Below are positions 7,851 through 18,185 of a stretch of DNA of 64,000 bases, in pieces; positions within the stretch are counted from its first letter, which is position 1, and every line of letters begins with the position of its first letter. The DNA lies in IMG/VR virus record IMGVR_UViG_3300035670_000078, positions 1 to 64,000 of that record. One strand, given 5' to 3'. The notes below the pieces were generated by a model. The model saw nothing but the letters and a program-made list of their open reading frames with translations, searched no databases and was not told where the DNA came from. A program made the translations under genes and the position numbers. Origin of the DNA: a virus.

Positions 7851-8225
7851 ATGTCTATCAATAACTCGGTTCGTCTCATCGGCAATCTTGGCAACGACAT
7901 CAAACTCCGCGAGACCGCCAATGGCGTCGTCGGCACGGTCAATATCGCCACCAAGGAGCGGTGGCACGACAAGGAGACCGGCCTCCTGACCACCCACGTC
8001 GAGTGGCACCGCCTCGTTTTCTGGAACGGCCTCGCAGAAAACACTGCCAAGTACATGGGCAAGGGTAGCCGAGTGGCGGTCGTCGGCCGTCTTCGCACCC
8101 GCAAGTGGGACAAGGACGAAATCACCTACACGGTCACCGAAATCCACGTCGATGAGGTCGAGTTCCTCAGCGCCAAGCCGACGGGACCGGCCAACAAGCT
8201 CATCATCGAAGTCGGTGGCGAATAA
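7851..8225 (+). CDS. ssb: single-stranded DNA-binding protein (bacterial type, no acidic tail)
   Basis: N.V.LIGNLG.D..TEWHR-like (VEWHRLVFW)..KGSRVAVVGRLRTRKW..Y.VTEI. Confidence 0.93.
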   Translation: MSINNSVRLIGNLGNDIKLRETANGVVGTVNIATKERWHDKETGLLTTHVEWHRLVFWNGLAENTAKYMGKGSRVAVVGRLRTRKWDKDEITYTVTEIHVDEVEFLSAKPTGPANKLIIEVGGE

Positions 8226-8236
8226 GGAGGTATCGC

Positions 8237-8443
8237 ATGACAAGCAAGTGTCCCCTGTGCGGGGGCCAGATGGTCGACCGCACACCGAAAGAGTGGCGAG
8301 GACTGTCCCCAGTCATCAGCTGCATCAATGCTCCCCCCGAGGACATTGACAAGCTGTGGGACACGCTCCTCGCAGCCACCGTCAAAAAGTACAAAAAGCA
8401 GCTGATCGGAAAGGTCAGCCTGTGTGGGGGCGTGGAGAAATGA
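8237..8443 (+). CDS. small Zn-ribbon protein
   Basis: AAGGAGGT RBS; CPLCGGQMVDRTPKEW. Confidence 0.75.
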   Translation: MTSKCPLCGGQMVDRTPKEWRGLSPVISCINAPPEDIDKLWDTLLAATVKKYKKQLIGKVSLCGGVEK

Positions 8444-8613
8444 CACGCCTCCGAAATATCCGTAAGGCCAACCGCAAGCTCAGCGCCTTGGAGATCAAGG
8501 CGCGTGAGTTCGATGGTCTCTACATCTCCCCCACCGAAGAGAGGGTCGGGCTCGTGCTCGCCCCTCTCCTCATCCTTGCAACCCTAATCGGCGGCTTCTG
8601 GCTGCTTCCCTAA
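8440..8613 (+). CDS. small membrane protein
   Basis: ATGA coupling; C-terminal TM helix. Confidence 0.6.
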   Translation: MTRLRNIRKANRKLSALEIKAREFDGLYISPTEERVGLVLAPLLILATLIGGFWLLP

Positions 8614-8624
8614 GGAGAATCAGA

Positions 8625-9218
8625 ATGGACACTCACGAATACGTCACCAACATGGTCAACGAAATGAACGATCCCGAACTCCGCACGGCGGCCATCGCCA
8701 TGCTGGAGGGTCAGGAAATTCTCGACCCGATTTTCCTCGGCAACTATCTCGCCAACGTCGGGCTCTGCGCCGAGCACGAGGGGGCCAGCGAAATAGTCTG
8801 CCTGGCAAAGGCGCACCCCGAGGTCATGGCCAAACTTGAAAGCCAGCTCGACTTTTCCCAAAGCACGATCCAGCCGGATTGTGACGAGGAAGATTTCGAA
8901 ACCGAAGCGGTCATGAGGTTTACGGACCTCGTCGACCTGACCGGGCTCGAGCCATTCCTCAGCGAGGAAAAGCTAAAAGAGCTGACGGAAATGGCCAACC
9001 GAAATATTCGGTTGGTCCAGGCCAACTCCAAGAAATTCGAGTGCGTGTGGGAAAGGGCCACCGATTTCCGGGATATGTTCCTGGGAGACAGGTTCGGCCT
9101 CCCTCGATACTTCATCAACGAGATCACCCGCGCCACTGACTGGGTGCTCAGGGGCGTCGATCGTCCCGCCATGGGCGATCAGAAGATCCGGCAGCTCTGC
9201 TGGAACCGAGCCGTCTGA
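8625..9218 (+). CDS. hypothetical protein
   Basis: AAGGAG RBS. Confidence 0.75.
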   Translation: MDTHEYVTNMVNEMNDPELRTAAIAMLEGQEILDPIFLGNYLANVGLCAEHEGASEIVCLAKAHPEVMAKLESQLDFSQSTIQPDCDEEDFETEAVMRFTDLVDLTGLEPFLSEEKLKELTEMANRNIRLVQANSKKFECVWERATDFRDMFLGDRFGLPRYFINEITRATDWVLRGVDRPAMGDQKIRQLCWNRAV

Positions 9219-9232
9219 GATAATCCAGCCCT

Positions 9233-9298
9233 GCCCGTGGGGATAATCACGGGCTCGCCATCTCAGCGTGTCATGCGTGACGCACTGACATGACGAGT
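9233..9298 (+). ncRNA. two-hairpin intergenic motif, copy 3
   Basis: GCCCGTGG/TCACGGGC hairpin + CGCCATCTCAG-CGTGTCA-TGCG-TGACGCA-CTGACATGACG. Confidence 0.75.
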
Positions 9299-9396
9299 CG
9301 CTCGTCAGCCCGCCGTTCGGTGGGTCAACGTCATCGCCGCCTTCAGCAAGTCGCTGACAGGTGTCGTGACCTTTTTGTCCGGGAGTGATCAGAGCT

Positions 9397-10215
9397 ATGC
9401 AATACTTCAAGCTACTCATGAAGGCGATCAAGGGGGACCTGACCCCTGATCACGTGGCGAAACAGCTCGAGATGAGCATGTCCGATTTCCACGAGGCGGT
9501 GCGTCGTCACTGCATCGCCAAGAAAATGCAGGTGCCCGGCTGGGTGCCTGCCGAGGTCAAGGCCAAGCCGGTCGAGACCAAGGCCAAGCCCGCGACTGCG
9601 GGTCTCATCAATGTGCGCGGACAGAACGTCATCGCCGGTACGCCCCGCGCCTACATGGCCGGCCGTATCCAGGTGGATTTCGACGAGGTCAAGGCGGCTG
9701 CTCGGGCCGAGGTCGCGCGGTTGCGTGACCAGAAGGCCAAGGCTGGTCAGGTCCAAAAGGCCGAAGCCTACCTTGCAGCCCTCAACGAGAGCGACCGGTT
9801 GGCCGCGCTCAAGGCTGCAGAGTTCGAGCAGAAGAAGGCTGACGCGCTGCGTGCTCGTCAGCAGTACGAACTGAAGAAGGCCGCGACTGTGGCCATCTGC
9901 AAGGCGATCAGGCTGGCTGGCCTGAGCCTTCAGCGCCGTGAGATCGAGCGGGAAGAGCGCATGGCTCGTGCTCGTCACACGGATAGGGTCCAGGCCAAGT
10001 GGCCTGAGAATCTCAAGAAGTTGGTCAACCAGTCTGAGCAGGAGACGTTCAAGCGTCTTGTTCAAGCTGTTGTGCGCCAGATGCTGTCGACTGAGGACAA
10101 CCGTCCGTCGATCGTTCCTCGTCTGACCGAGGCTTCGGGTCAGAACAGCGAGCTGGCTAACCAGCTCATCAACTTCCTGTCCTCGCCCGAGGGCAAGAAG
10201 CTCATCAACAAGTAA
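9397..10215 (+). CDS. basic coiled-coil protein
   Basis: Ala/Lys/Glu-rich helical ORF, strong codon bias. Confidence 0.8.
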   Translation: MQYFKLLMKAIKGDLTPDHVAKQLEMSMSDFHEAVRRHCIAKKMQVPGWVPAEVKAKPVETKAKPATAGLINVRGQNVIAGTPRAYMAGRIQVDFDEVKAAARAEVARLRDQKAKAGQVQKAEAYLAALNESDRLAALKAAEFEQKKADALRARQQYELKKAATVAICKAIRLAGLSLQRREIEREERMARARHTDRVQAKWPENLKKLVNQSEQETFKRLVQAVVRQMLSTEDNRPSIVPRLTEASGQNSELANQLINFLSSPEGKKLINK

Positions 10216-10227
10216 GGAGTCACCACA

Positions 10228-10422
10228 ATGCACCAGATCATGTTGAACGCACTCACCGAGTACATGGAACTCGGTGGCACCATCCGTCCCGAGACGACTG
10301 TCCGGGAAATCCTGGCCTTCGTAAAGCGGGCCAAAGCTGACCGTGAGGTCATGGACCTCCTCAGCGAGGTGAAGCAGATGACCGGGCGCTACAGCCGTCC
10401 GGTGCAGGGAGGTGCCAAGTAA
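10228..10422 (+). CDS. hypothetical protein
   Basis: AAGGAG RBS. Confidence 0.7.
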   Translation: MHQIMLNALTEYMELGGTIRPETTVREILAFVKRAKADREVMDLLSEVKQMTGRYSRPVQGGAK

Positions 10423-11714
10423 TGGCTCACTTCGACCTCACCGTGTCCCCCAGCTACGTAGAAAACTGGGGCGTCTGGGAAGCGCTGCGAGAAATCCTGC
10501 AGAACGCTCTCGACGAACAGGACAACAATCACCCGATGTCCCTCAACTGGACGCCGGGGCGTGGCGGCACGCTCGTCATCCGTAATGACGGCTCAGTCAT
10601 CGAGCGCAAGCACCTCATCCTCGGCGAGAGCGGCAAGCGTGACGATGACCGTATGCGCGGCAAGTTCGGAGAGGGCTTCAAGCTCGCCCTGCTCGTGCTT
10701 GCGCGTCTCGGTGTTGACGTTCGCCTCCGTACTGGTGGCGAGACGTGGCACCCAGAGATCGTCGAGTCCGAGCAGTACGGGACCAAGCTGCTCCGTATCC
10801 GCACCACAAAGAGGATATTCGAGCGCTCGGTTGAGTACTGCATTTCTCCCGTCGAGAAAGAGTCCTTCGAGTTGCTCAAGCAGCGCATTCTTCCGCTGCG
10901 CAGCGACTTCGAGAAGGTCGAGACGGGCGGCGGCGATCTCCTGCTCGGCACCGAGCTGAAGGGCAGCGTCTTCCTGAAGGGCATCTTCGTCTCGAAGGTG
11001 CCAAACGCGAAGTACGGCTACAACTTCAAGGAGTTGGAGCTTGACCGAGATCGCAAGATGGCTGACGTATGGTCCCTCGAGAGCCAGATGCGCCTCATCT
11101 TCAGCGAGGCCGTCCGATCCGGCAAGATGGGCGGCACCGAACTGATGTCTTTGGCGGATGACTCATCATCTGCCGAGGGTCGCGCCATGACTTATGGCCT
11201 GCCCTATGGCACCGAGGTCGTTGTCAAAGAGGCATTCGAGGCCAAGCACGGTCCCGATGCTGTTGCCGTCACCTCGATCACCGAAGCTGCCGAGGCGAGC
11301 AAGCTCGGCCTCAAGGCTGTCGTTGTCAGCAGCGGTCTTCACCGTGCGCTGAAGAACGACAAGGTCGACGAGGCCCGCAAGTCCATCGGCAAGTCCGCAA
11401 GCCGCAAGTATCAGTGGCATGAGCTTAGCACTTCAGATCAAGAAATGCTGACCCGCGCCATCGAGCTTGTCGGTGAGGACCTGACCGTCGACATGCACGT
11501 CGTCGACTTCAACGACGAGAACGTGCTCGGCCGCTACAGCAGCAAAGAGTCCAAGTTCGAGCTGGCCCTCAAGGTCATCAACATGGGTCTCGGCGAGGTC
11601 ATCCACACCATCTGCCATGAGCTGGCTCACGCCAAGTCCATGGAGCACGATGTTGTGCATGGTGCTGAGACTGGCCGCCTCATGGGTCGAGTCATCGACC
11701 GTCTGACCAAGTAA
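10422..11714 (+). CDS. GHKL-type ATPase with C-terminal HExxH domain
   Basis: ALREILQNALD, NDGS, GKFGEGFKLA (Bergerat fold); HELAH near C-terminus. Confidence 0.85.
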   Translation: MAHFDLTVSPSYVENWGVWEALREILQNALDEQDNNHPMSLNWTPGRGGTLVIRNDGSVIERKHLILGESGKRDDDRMRGKFGEGFKLALLVLARLGVDVRLRTGGETWHPEIVESEQYGTKLLRIRTTKRIFERSVEYCISPVEKESFELLKQRILPLRSDFEKVETGGGDLLLGTELKGSVFLKGIFVSKVPNAKYGYNFKELELDRDRKMADVWSLESQMRLIFSEAVRSGKMGGTELMSLADDSSSAEGRAMTYGLPYGTEVVVKEAFEAKHGPDAVAVTSITEAAEASKLGLKAVVVSSGLHRALKNDKVDEARKSIGKSASRKYQWHELSTSDQEMLTRAIELVGEDLTVDMHVVDFNDENVLGRYSSKESKFELALKVINMGLGEVIHTICHELAHAKSMEHDVVHGAETGRLMGRVIDRLTK

Positions 11715-11726
11715 GGAGTTCTAATC

Positions 11727-11939
11727 ATGCGCAAGTACGCAGAAGATAACATCAAAGTCGAGGAGAAGATGTTCGACACAGACACCGACAAAGCACTGTC
11801 CGCTCAGGCTCGCATTATCCGCGACCTGTCAAGCGAGCTATCTGAGTTGCGCAAGCAGCTTCGTCGCTACCGCAACTGGAACAAAGACCGAGCCAAGTTC
11901 CTGACTGACGCAGTGTCAGATCAGGGGTGGGGGGCGTGA
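11727..11939 (+). CDS. hypothetical protein
   Basis: AAGGAG RBS. Confidence 0.65.
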   Translation: MRKYAEDNIKVEEKMFDTDTDKALSAQARIIRDLSSELSELRKQLRRYRNWNKDRAKFLTDAVSDQGWGA

Positions 11940-12037
11940 CTTCGCGCGCAGCGCGAAGTTCATCCTGAAAACTCGTGGCCGTTAGGCCACGCACCGAGCT
12001 GGGGCGGGGATTCCTCAGCACAAGGAGAGATCAGAGT

Positions 12038-13453
12038 ATGCGTAGATTCCTAGAAATTGACGACACGCCAGTTGCACCGGCGCAGAAAATCCAGTGGTCA
12101 AACCTGACCACCGGCACCGCTGACGTGCTGGAAATGGATGACACCCCGGCCGTGTCTGCGGCCCCTGTCATCGACCTCGCTGCCGAGCGCCTTGCTCGTG
12201 TCACCGAGGACCGTGACGCTGCAGCCAAGTCCGGCTTCGCGATTGCGAAGACCGTGTACGAGCTGGGCACGCTGGTCAACGAGACCGGTGTCGAGAACCT
12301 GACCAAGTCTCGTCAGCAGTACGACGAGCTGCCATCTGTGGCTGACGGGCTGTCCTCGCTGGTTGGCGAGATCAAGTCCGAGCTTCGGCGCGATCGTGTT
12401 GTGCCGATCAACAGCCTCCTCTACACCAACGACGGTCGTCTTGGTGCCAAGGCTGTCAACACAGCAAACGCTGCTACGATGACCGATGCCGGTTATCTCC
12501 AGCTCGCGTCGCAGCTGGATATTCCGGCCACCGCTGCCAAGTTCATTCGGGCCAACCAGCCACTGTCCGCTGGCGCTGCGTTGATCAATCAGCGCATCGG
12601 CGACATCGCTCCCGATGAGCAGGTCATGGTTCGTGCGCGCAATCGTCGTGACGGCACGGGGCGCAACGTGTTTGCGGTACTGTCTCCCCGGTACACGCCC
12701 ATCGACCTCTGTGACATCGCCGAGGAGTTGCTGCGTGTCGAGGCGTTCCGTGACGCCAAGATCGACATCAACTACGACTGGGCGACCACACAGGCTGTGC
12801 TCGATGTCACGTTCCATACGGACATCGACGCGGGCAACGCTGCGTGCGGTGAGTATTTCAAAGCAGGCGTGCGGTTCAAGACGGCTGACAACGGCGGTTG
12901 CTCGCTCAGCGCGTCTTCGTACCTGGTCCGCAACCTGTGCCTCAACTTCATCATCCTTGATGAAGCTGAGATCAAGCTCGACCGCATCATCCACAAGGGT
13001 AGCAAGCAGAGCCGTCTCGACCGTCTCGCCAATGCTGCCAGCGCGGGCAGCAAGTCGATCGAGCACTTCGCGTCCAAGTGGACGGCAGCCAGCCGACTCA
13101 TCATCGACGATCCGCGTGAGCTTGACGCTCGTGTCAAGAAGAACGAGGACGTCAAGACGTGGGCTGACTGCGATACGCTTGAGCGTGTTGCCGGTCTCGT
13201 GCATGGCTACAGCAAAGCGGGTCACCTGCCGACGCTCACCCAGCATGATGTCAGCAACATCGCTGTGGCTTACCTCAAGGACGAGATCACTCACACTGAG
13301 AAGATCTCGCTCGCCGGTGTCGTCAACAGCATCACGCGCTATGCCCATGAGGGCATGGACCGCTGGTCTGCTGACGCACTCGAGCGTGCTGCCGGTGGTC
13401 TCACCTGGCACCAGCCGCAGCCGGTGTTCCAGTACGTGTCCGTGACCCGATGA
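12038..13453 (+). CDS. DUF932-like protein
   Basis: AVLSPRYTPID, VRNLCLN..I.HKG, VVNSITRYAH, LERAAG motifs. Confidence 0.65.
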   Translation: MRRFLEIDDTPVAPAQKIQWSNLTTGTADVLEMDDTPAVSAAPVIDLAAERLARVTEDRDAAAKSGFAIAKTVYELGTLVNETGVENLTKSRQQYDELPSVADGLSSLVGEIKSELRRDRVVPINSLLYTNDGRLGAKAVNTANAATMTDAGYLQLASQLDIPATAAKFIRANQPLSAGAALINQRIGDIAPDEQVMVRARNRRDGTGRNVFAVLSPRYTPIDLCDIAEELLRVEAFRDAKIDINYDWATTQAVLDVTFHTDIDAGNAACGEYFKAGVRFKTADNGGCSLSASSYLVRNLCLNFIILDEAEIKLDRIIHKGSKQSRLDRLANAASAGSKSIEHFASKWTAASRLIIDDPRELDARVKKNEDVKTWADCDTLERVAGLVHGYSKAGHLPTLTQHDVSNIAVAYLKDEITHTEKISLAGVVNSITRYAHEGMDRWSADALERAAGGLTWHQPQPVFQYVSVTR

Positions 13454-13752
13454 CGCTTCGTCCTGACGTCATTGCAGCGTACGACTGGGACCGCTGCCTT
13501 GGTATCCTCAGGGATGGCCAGGACTTCTACGTCCCTGACGACTTCATCGACAACGAGTGCGATGCCAAGGTCGTCTTCCCTGACGTGCGCGGCTACGACC
13601 TTCTCATCAGTGGCGAGGAGATGCTCGAGCAGCTTCGAGTCTGCGTCGACTCGTTCAACGAGACTCGAGAAAAGCCACTGGCCTTTGACTTCGGTTGCCT
13701 CGACTTCCTCGAGGACGCTGATGTTCTTGTGCGTGTTCGTCTGACCTATTGA
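13450..13752 (+). CDS. hypothetical protein
   Basis: ATGA coupling. Confidence 0.7.
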   Translation: MTLRPDVIAAYDWDRCLGILRDGQDFYVPDDFIDNECDAKVVFPDVRGYDLLISGEEMLEQLRVCVDSFNETREKPLAFDFGCLDFLEDADVLVRVRLTY

Positions 13753-13771
13753 TTACAAAGGAGGTGTCTCA

Positions 13772-14440
13772 ATGACTCTGCGAACCATCACTGAGTATGT
13801 TGCTCAGTGCAACCGTGGCGGATGGCCGTCTGGCTACCACGATGACGACGGGGACGAGTGGCTGGTGACCGGCATCTCGGTCACCCGTGACAGCTGCACC
13901 GTCGAGCGCCTCAACTTCGATGCAGCTCGTGACCTGCTGCGCGAGCAGCTCGACTTCGACGCGGCGACTGTCGTGCGCTTCGGGCACTTCGCTGTCGGCT
14001 GGATCGACTACCTTGTCGTCCGCAACAACGATGAGCAGGCGCTCAAGGCCGTCGATGAGCTGCACGAACGTATCGAGGGCAACCGCCTGCTCGATGAGCA
14101 GACTTTGTCTGAGGCCGAGCAGGAAGAGCTTGACCAGTCGTGGCGCGACTGGGGCGCCTACGACTTCCGTCGCATGCTCAACCAGTTCCACGGTGACGAG
14201 CTGGACCAGTGGCCCGCTGACGACCTCGACGAGGATCAGCTCTGGGAGCTGTTCCTGCTCGGCGGTGGCGAGTACGAGCACCACGACGACGGCCCGCACT
14301 TCTACTTCGCCAGGGCGGCGAACGGGCTTGAGTACATCCCGGTCGAAGGCAAGGACGCCTTCGACTGCTGGAGCAAGGTTAGCGAAATGACCGAGGTGGG
14401 TGACGTAGTCGTCGGTCACCCTCCCGGTAAGGAGGTTTGA
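13772..14440 (+). CDS. acidic hypothetical protein
   Basis: AAGGAGGT RBS; RFGHFAVGWIDYL motif. Confidence 0.75.
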   Translation: MTLRTITEYVAQCNRGGWPSGYHDDDGDEWLVTGISVTRDSCTVERLNFDAARDLLREQLDFDAATVVRFGHFAVGWIDYLVVRNNDEQALKAVDELHERIEGNRLLDEQTLSEAEQEELDQSWRDWGAYDFRRMLNQFHGDELDQWPADDLDEDQLWELFLLGGGEYEHHDDGPHFYFARAANGLEYIPVEGKDAFDCWSKVSEMTEVGDVVVGHPPGKEV

Positions 14441-14441
14441 A

Positions 14442-14765
14442 ATGACCGGCAATATCCCCCGTGGTTTCTTCGAGGAGATGGGCCTCAATACTTACGATGC
14501 GGCCGAGATCCGGCACGAGTTCGACTACAGGCACCTCGACAGGGGTGGGTATGCTCGGGTGACCATCGCAGGGCAATACCAGTTCCTGCCGTCCGAGATC
14601 CTCAAGGTCATGGACCCCGAGGCGTACAAGGAGGAGTTCATCCTCTATGTGCAGCAGCAAGACCTGCAGGAGTACAACGACTTCTACGTCTGCGCCAACT
14701 CGGCTGGAGCGATCGCCGAGGACATGGCTCGCGTTGCAGCTGCCTGGGAGGCCGCTAACAAATGA
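14442..14765 (+). CDS. hypothetical protein
   Basis: AAGGAGGT RBS. Confidence 0.75.
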   Translation: MTGNIPRGFFEEMGLNTYDAAEIRHEFDYRHLDRGGYARVTIAGQYQFLPSEILKVMDPEAYKEEFILYVQQQDLQEYNDFYVCANSAGAIAEDMARVAAAWEAANK

Positions 14766-15103
14766 ACGCTTGGTATCACGCCAAGTCGTCCGCTGCTAAG
14801 TGGGGCGGCGAGCCTGAAGACTACATGCCAGTGCACTCGTTCATCGACGAGTCGAAGTCAATCTTGGCTGACTTTCGTCACCGTGCACTGCGACATCATG
14901 CTGAGGGTATCTGGATGGCTGAGCGTGTGCTCGGTCCGACCATTACCAACAGCAAAGGCGTGAAGGTCCCTGTTCGGTTGATTGCCGAGCAGCACGTCAA
15001 AGAGGACCTGGGTTTCATCCCGTCGTTTGCTGACTGGGCAAAGTGCATCAGCGGCCAGGCGTGGATGGTGGGTGAAGGCACCCTCGTAACAAAGGAGATC
15101 TGA
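14762..15103 (+). CDS. DUF6915-like protein
   Basis: HAKSSA.KWGG.PEDY..H..DESK..DFRHRALRHH..EQHV.EDLG. Confidence 0.75.
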   Translation: MNAWYHAKSSAAKWGGEPEDYMPVHSFIDESKSILADFRHRALRHHAEGIWMAERVLGPTITNSKGVKVPVRLIAEQHVKEDLGFIPSFADWAKCISGQAWMVGEGTLVTKEI

Positions 15104-15105
15104 CA

Positions 15106-15486
15106 ATGAGCTTTGATTTTGAAGAGTACACCCGTAACGAGCGCACGAAGCACGACGCCCGCATGAAACAGGCCAAGGCCTTGATCTGCAAGATGCTTGT
15201 CGAGCAGATGCCGGAAGCCGTTCGGGTTGAGATCCAGTACCAAGGGTCTGGTGACAGCGGCAACATCGAGTGGGTGACTGCCTACAGCTTGAGCGGTGAG
15301 AAGCTGAAGAACCCGCCTGAGATTGAGAACCACGCCTGGACTATTGCCTACGGCGCGCATCCCGGCTTCGAGATCAACGAGGGCGGCGGCGGCACCATCA
15401 CGGTGTACCCGCACGAGAACCGCATCACCGTTAGCCACTTCGATTACGTGATCGAAGAAGTCTACGACAACGACAGGGAGATCTGA
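15106..15486 (+). CDS. DUF6878-like protein
   Basis: Y.GSGDSG.IE..HPGFEINEGGGGTI. Confidence 0.7.
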   Translation: MSFDFEEYTRNERTKHDARMKQAKALICKMLVEQMPEAVRVEIQYQGSGDSGNIEWVTAYSLSGEKLKNPPEIENHAWTIAYGAHPGFEINEGGGGTITVYPHENRITVSHFDYVIEEVYDNDREI

Positions 15487-15488
15487 CC

Positions 15489-18052
15489 ATGGGTAGGTAC
15501 GGAATGTCTGACTACGATTACGCCATCGAGTACGATGACTCGCCATCGCCTGACCCCTATGACGGCTACAGGCCTGACAGGGATGACGATGACGATGACG
15601 AGGTCGAGAAGACCGAGGCTCAGCTTCAAGAGGAGGCTTGGGAGGCTGAGGATCGTGAAAACGAAGCCAAGTATGCCTACCTCCAGCCATATGCGGCTGT
15701 CATGGTCGAGAAGTTTGGTGGCGAACTTCGTCAGTACACTCCGATGTATTGGATCATCGACACCTACTACGGGATGGCGCACCCGCCTGGGTGGAATGAG
15801 CCGGCTGAGCACATCACGCCCAACTGGGTGATGAAGCGTGCGAACAGAGCCGAGCCCGACAAGTCTGTCAGCGCCCTAGCAGAAATTCAAGGCAAGCTCA
15901 TCGGCGCCGACAACAAGCTCATCCCGACCTATGAGATCGGCAAGCTCGTGCTCGAGACACTGCGCCGTCATGGCCTGGGTCCCGAGTTTGTTCCCACAGA
16001 AGACAACCTAGGGTTCTAAAGGAGACAGTATATGGACTATGTGGTGAGTAATATGGAAGGTCTAGTTATCGACAAGCGGGATTTCGCCGCTGCGTCAAAG
16101 TACCTTGTCGAGAACGGTCACACGTTCTGGGTCAAGCAGAAGGGAGGTGGGTTCATCTACCTTGGCATTGACACGGTGACGAAGCAGTTCATCGAGCAGT
16201 TGAAAGAGCTTCTCGGCATGAACAAGCCCAAGAAGTTCGAGGTGCTCATCCGCGTGTACCTAACGGCTCAGGCCAAATCCTATGAGGACGCCTGCTCGCT
16301 GACCAGCGAAATCGCGGCTTGCATTGAGGACGCGGTTGCTACAGGCGGTTTCGATACCGTCGTTGACGTAAGCGAGATCAGCGAGGAAGTCTCCACTCAC
16401 TCGGAGCCTTGCGATGAGTGACTTCCGAATCATGGATGGCAATCGCTGCCTCGAGACGCACACCACTGAGGCTGCAGCCGTGCACGCCTTCTGGGTGCTG
16501 ACGATGCACGAGATGAGGTATGGCCGTCCGTCTCATTACACGGTGCATCCCGCACCGAAGAGCATGAACCCGCCCGACAGTCTGCCGAGCTGGGTGACTG
16601 ACCTTCTGAAGGAGTACAAAATCGTATGAACGACTATGTTGTTGTCGAGGTGATGCCTCTTTATCTCCGGGAGTCCGTCAAGGCTTCCGGCAATTACGGT
16701 CGGTGGCCGCACAACGGCGCCAACCGCTACATCGTCAAGGCCAGCGTGGCCGATGACTTGGTCAAGTCAGGCGACGGTTGGGTGTTCATTGTCAGCTCGC
16801 TGCCGACTACCACAGGTGACTACGACATCGACGAGCGTGGTGACCGCGTCCGCGTCGATTGCACGGGGGCTGTATGAGCAAGAAGTTCTGGAACATCGCG
16901 CTGCCCATCGCAGCGGTCATCGTCATTGTGGGGCTGGCCATTCGCTTCTACCCATCCACGCCTCGAGTCGACGGCTACATCCTTAAGAATGTCAAATGCG
17001 AAGCTGATGAGTTGAACGCCATTATGAAAGACTGCAATCAAGAGTGCCGCTTCAGCGACCATGTGACGTTCAAAAACTTGGACTCAAGAGAGATGTGCTA
17101 CAATATGTGTGAGAACGAAATCAAAACTCTGTACCAGGCATGCAGCAAGAAGGGCGGCCTCCGATGACCGTCTCCTTCAGCGACGAGTCGATGCGTTGCC
17201 CGACCTGTGCTGGTCGTGGCTGGGGCATCAGCCGCAAGCAGCTTCGCGGTCAGCTTGTCGTGACTCAAAAGCCTTGCAAGAAGTGCGATAGCCGTGGCTA
17301 TCTCCCGCACCCCGCACCAGCCGATGGGGCCACCACCTATCGGAACGGGACATGGGTACAGGATGAGAAATACGCCTATCCGAATGGCGGCATGACGCGG
17401 AAGTTCCGCGCCATCACTGTCAATGAGCACAACGTGCAAGCCTGGGCTACCGGTACCGCCGGCATCCCTGACACGTTCTTCTCGATCCCGGCGCGCATTC
17501 GCAAGTTCGGGAAAACCATCCGGGGCTTCCTTAGCCTCGACAACGACACGCTGATTTTCACAGCGTATAAAGGAGAATGACATGAGAGACAAGTTCGAGC
17601 CGTTCACGCCTGAGGTTCAGGTGATGTTCCACGATGTCACCGAGTACTGCAGCGAGGCCTTCAAGCAGCTGTCTGGCGGCAAGGTCTACGAGATGTGGGT
17701 CTTCGTTAAGGACTGCGTGACCTACTACTGCAGCGCACAGAAGCTGGCGACCTGCCACTTCGTCAGCACGGTCACGGCTGCCTGGCCGGAAGATGAGGCG
17801 ATGAGCGGTGAGCTGTATGACCTCATCGGCAGCCTGGATGTGGACATGCTCCAGCACAATGGCGGCGTCGACATGTTCGACTACAGCCGCGCGCTCGTTT
17901 CGTCGATTCCGTTGCCTGCCATCGAGTTCGAGTCGCCTGTAGTGACTGACGACAAGGAGTTCGATGAGCTGCTCGATGAGGCCGTCGAGTACCTCCGTGA
18001 CCACACGGACCGTTACCTCAAGCTCTGGCTTGAAAGGGAAAGCAATGTCTGA
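15489..18052 (+). other. run of small hypothetical genes (15489-16019, 16032-16421, 16414-16629, 16626-16877, 16874-17167, 17164-17580, 17582-18052)
   Basis: tightly coupled + ORFs; 16874 has an N-terminal TM and is Cys-rich; 17164 has CxxCxGxG-type motifs. Confidence 0.65.
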
Positions 18053-18144
18053 GTTTCTTATTGTCGGAACAATCCTGACCTTCTTCTCTGTGCTCTTGAC
18101 GCTTCTACTGACCTAAGCAAGAGCGCTACAAAGCAAGCAACCAC

Positions 18145-18171
18145 AAGGCCCGCAAGGGTCTTTTTGTTTTT
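18145..18171 (+). terminator. intrinsic terminator
   Basis: AAGGCCC-GCAA-GGGTCTT + T tract. Confidence 0.8.
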
Positions 18172-18185
18172 CAAGGAGTAACAAT

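Noticed and set aside
6371-9298. Integron attC sites
   Set aside because: No RYYYAAC/GTTRRRY ends and no integrase; G-U covariation indicates RNA
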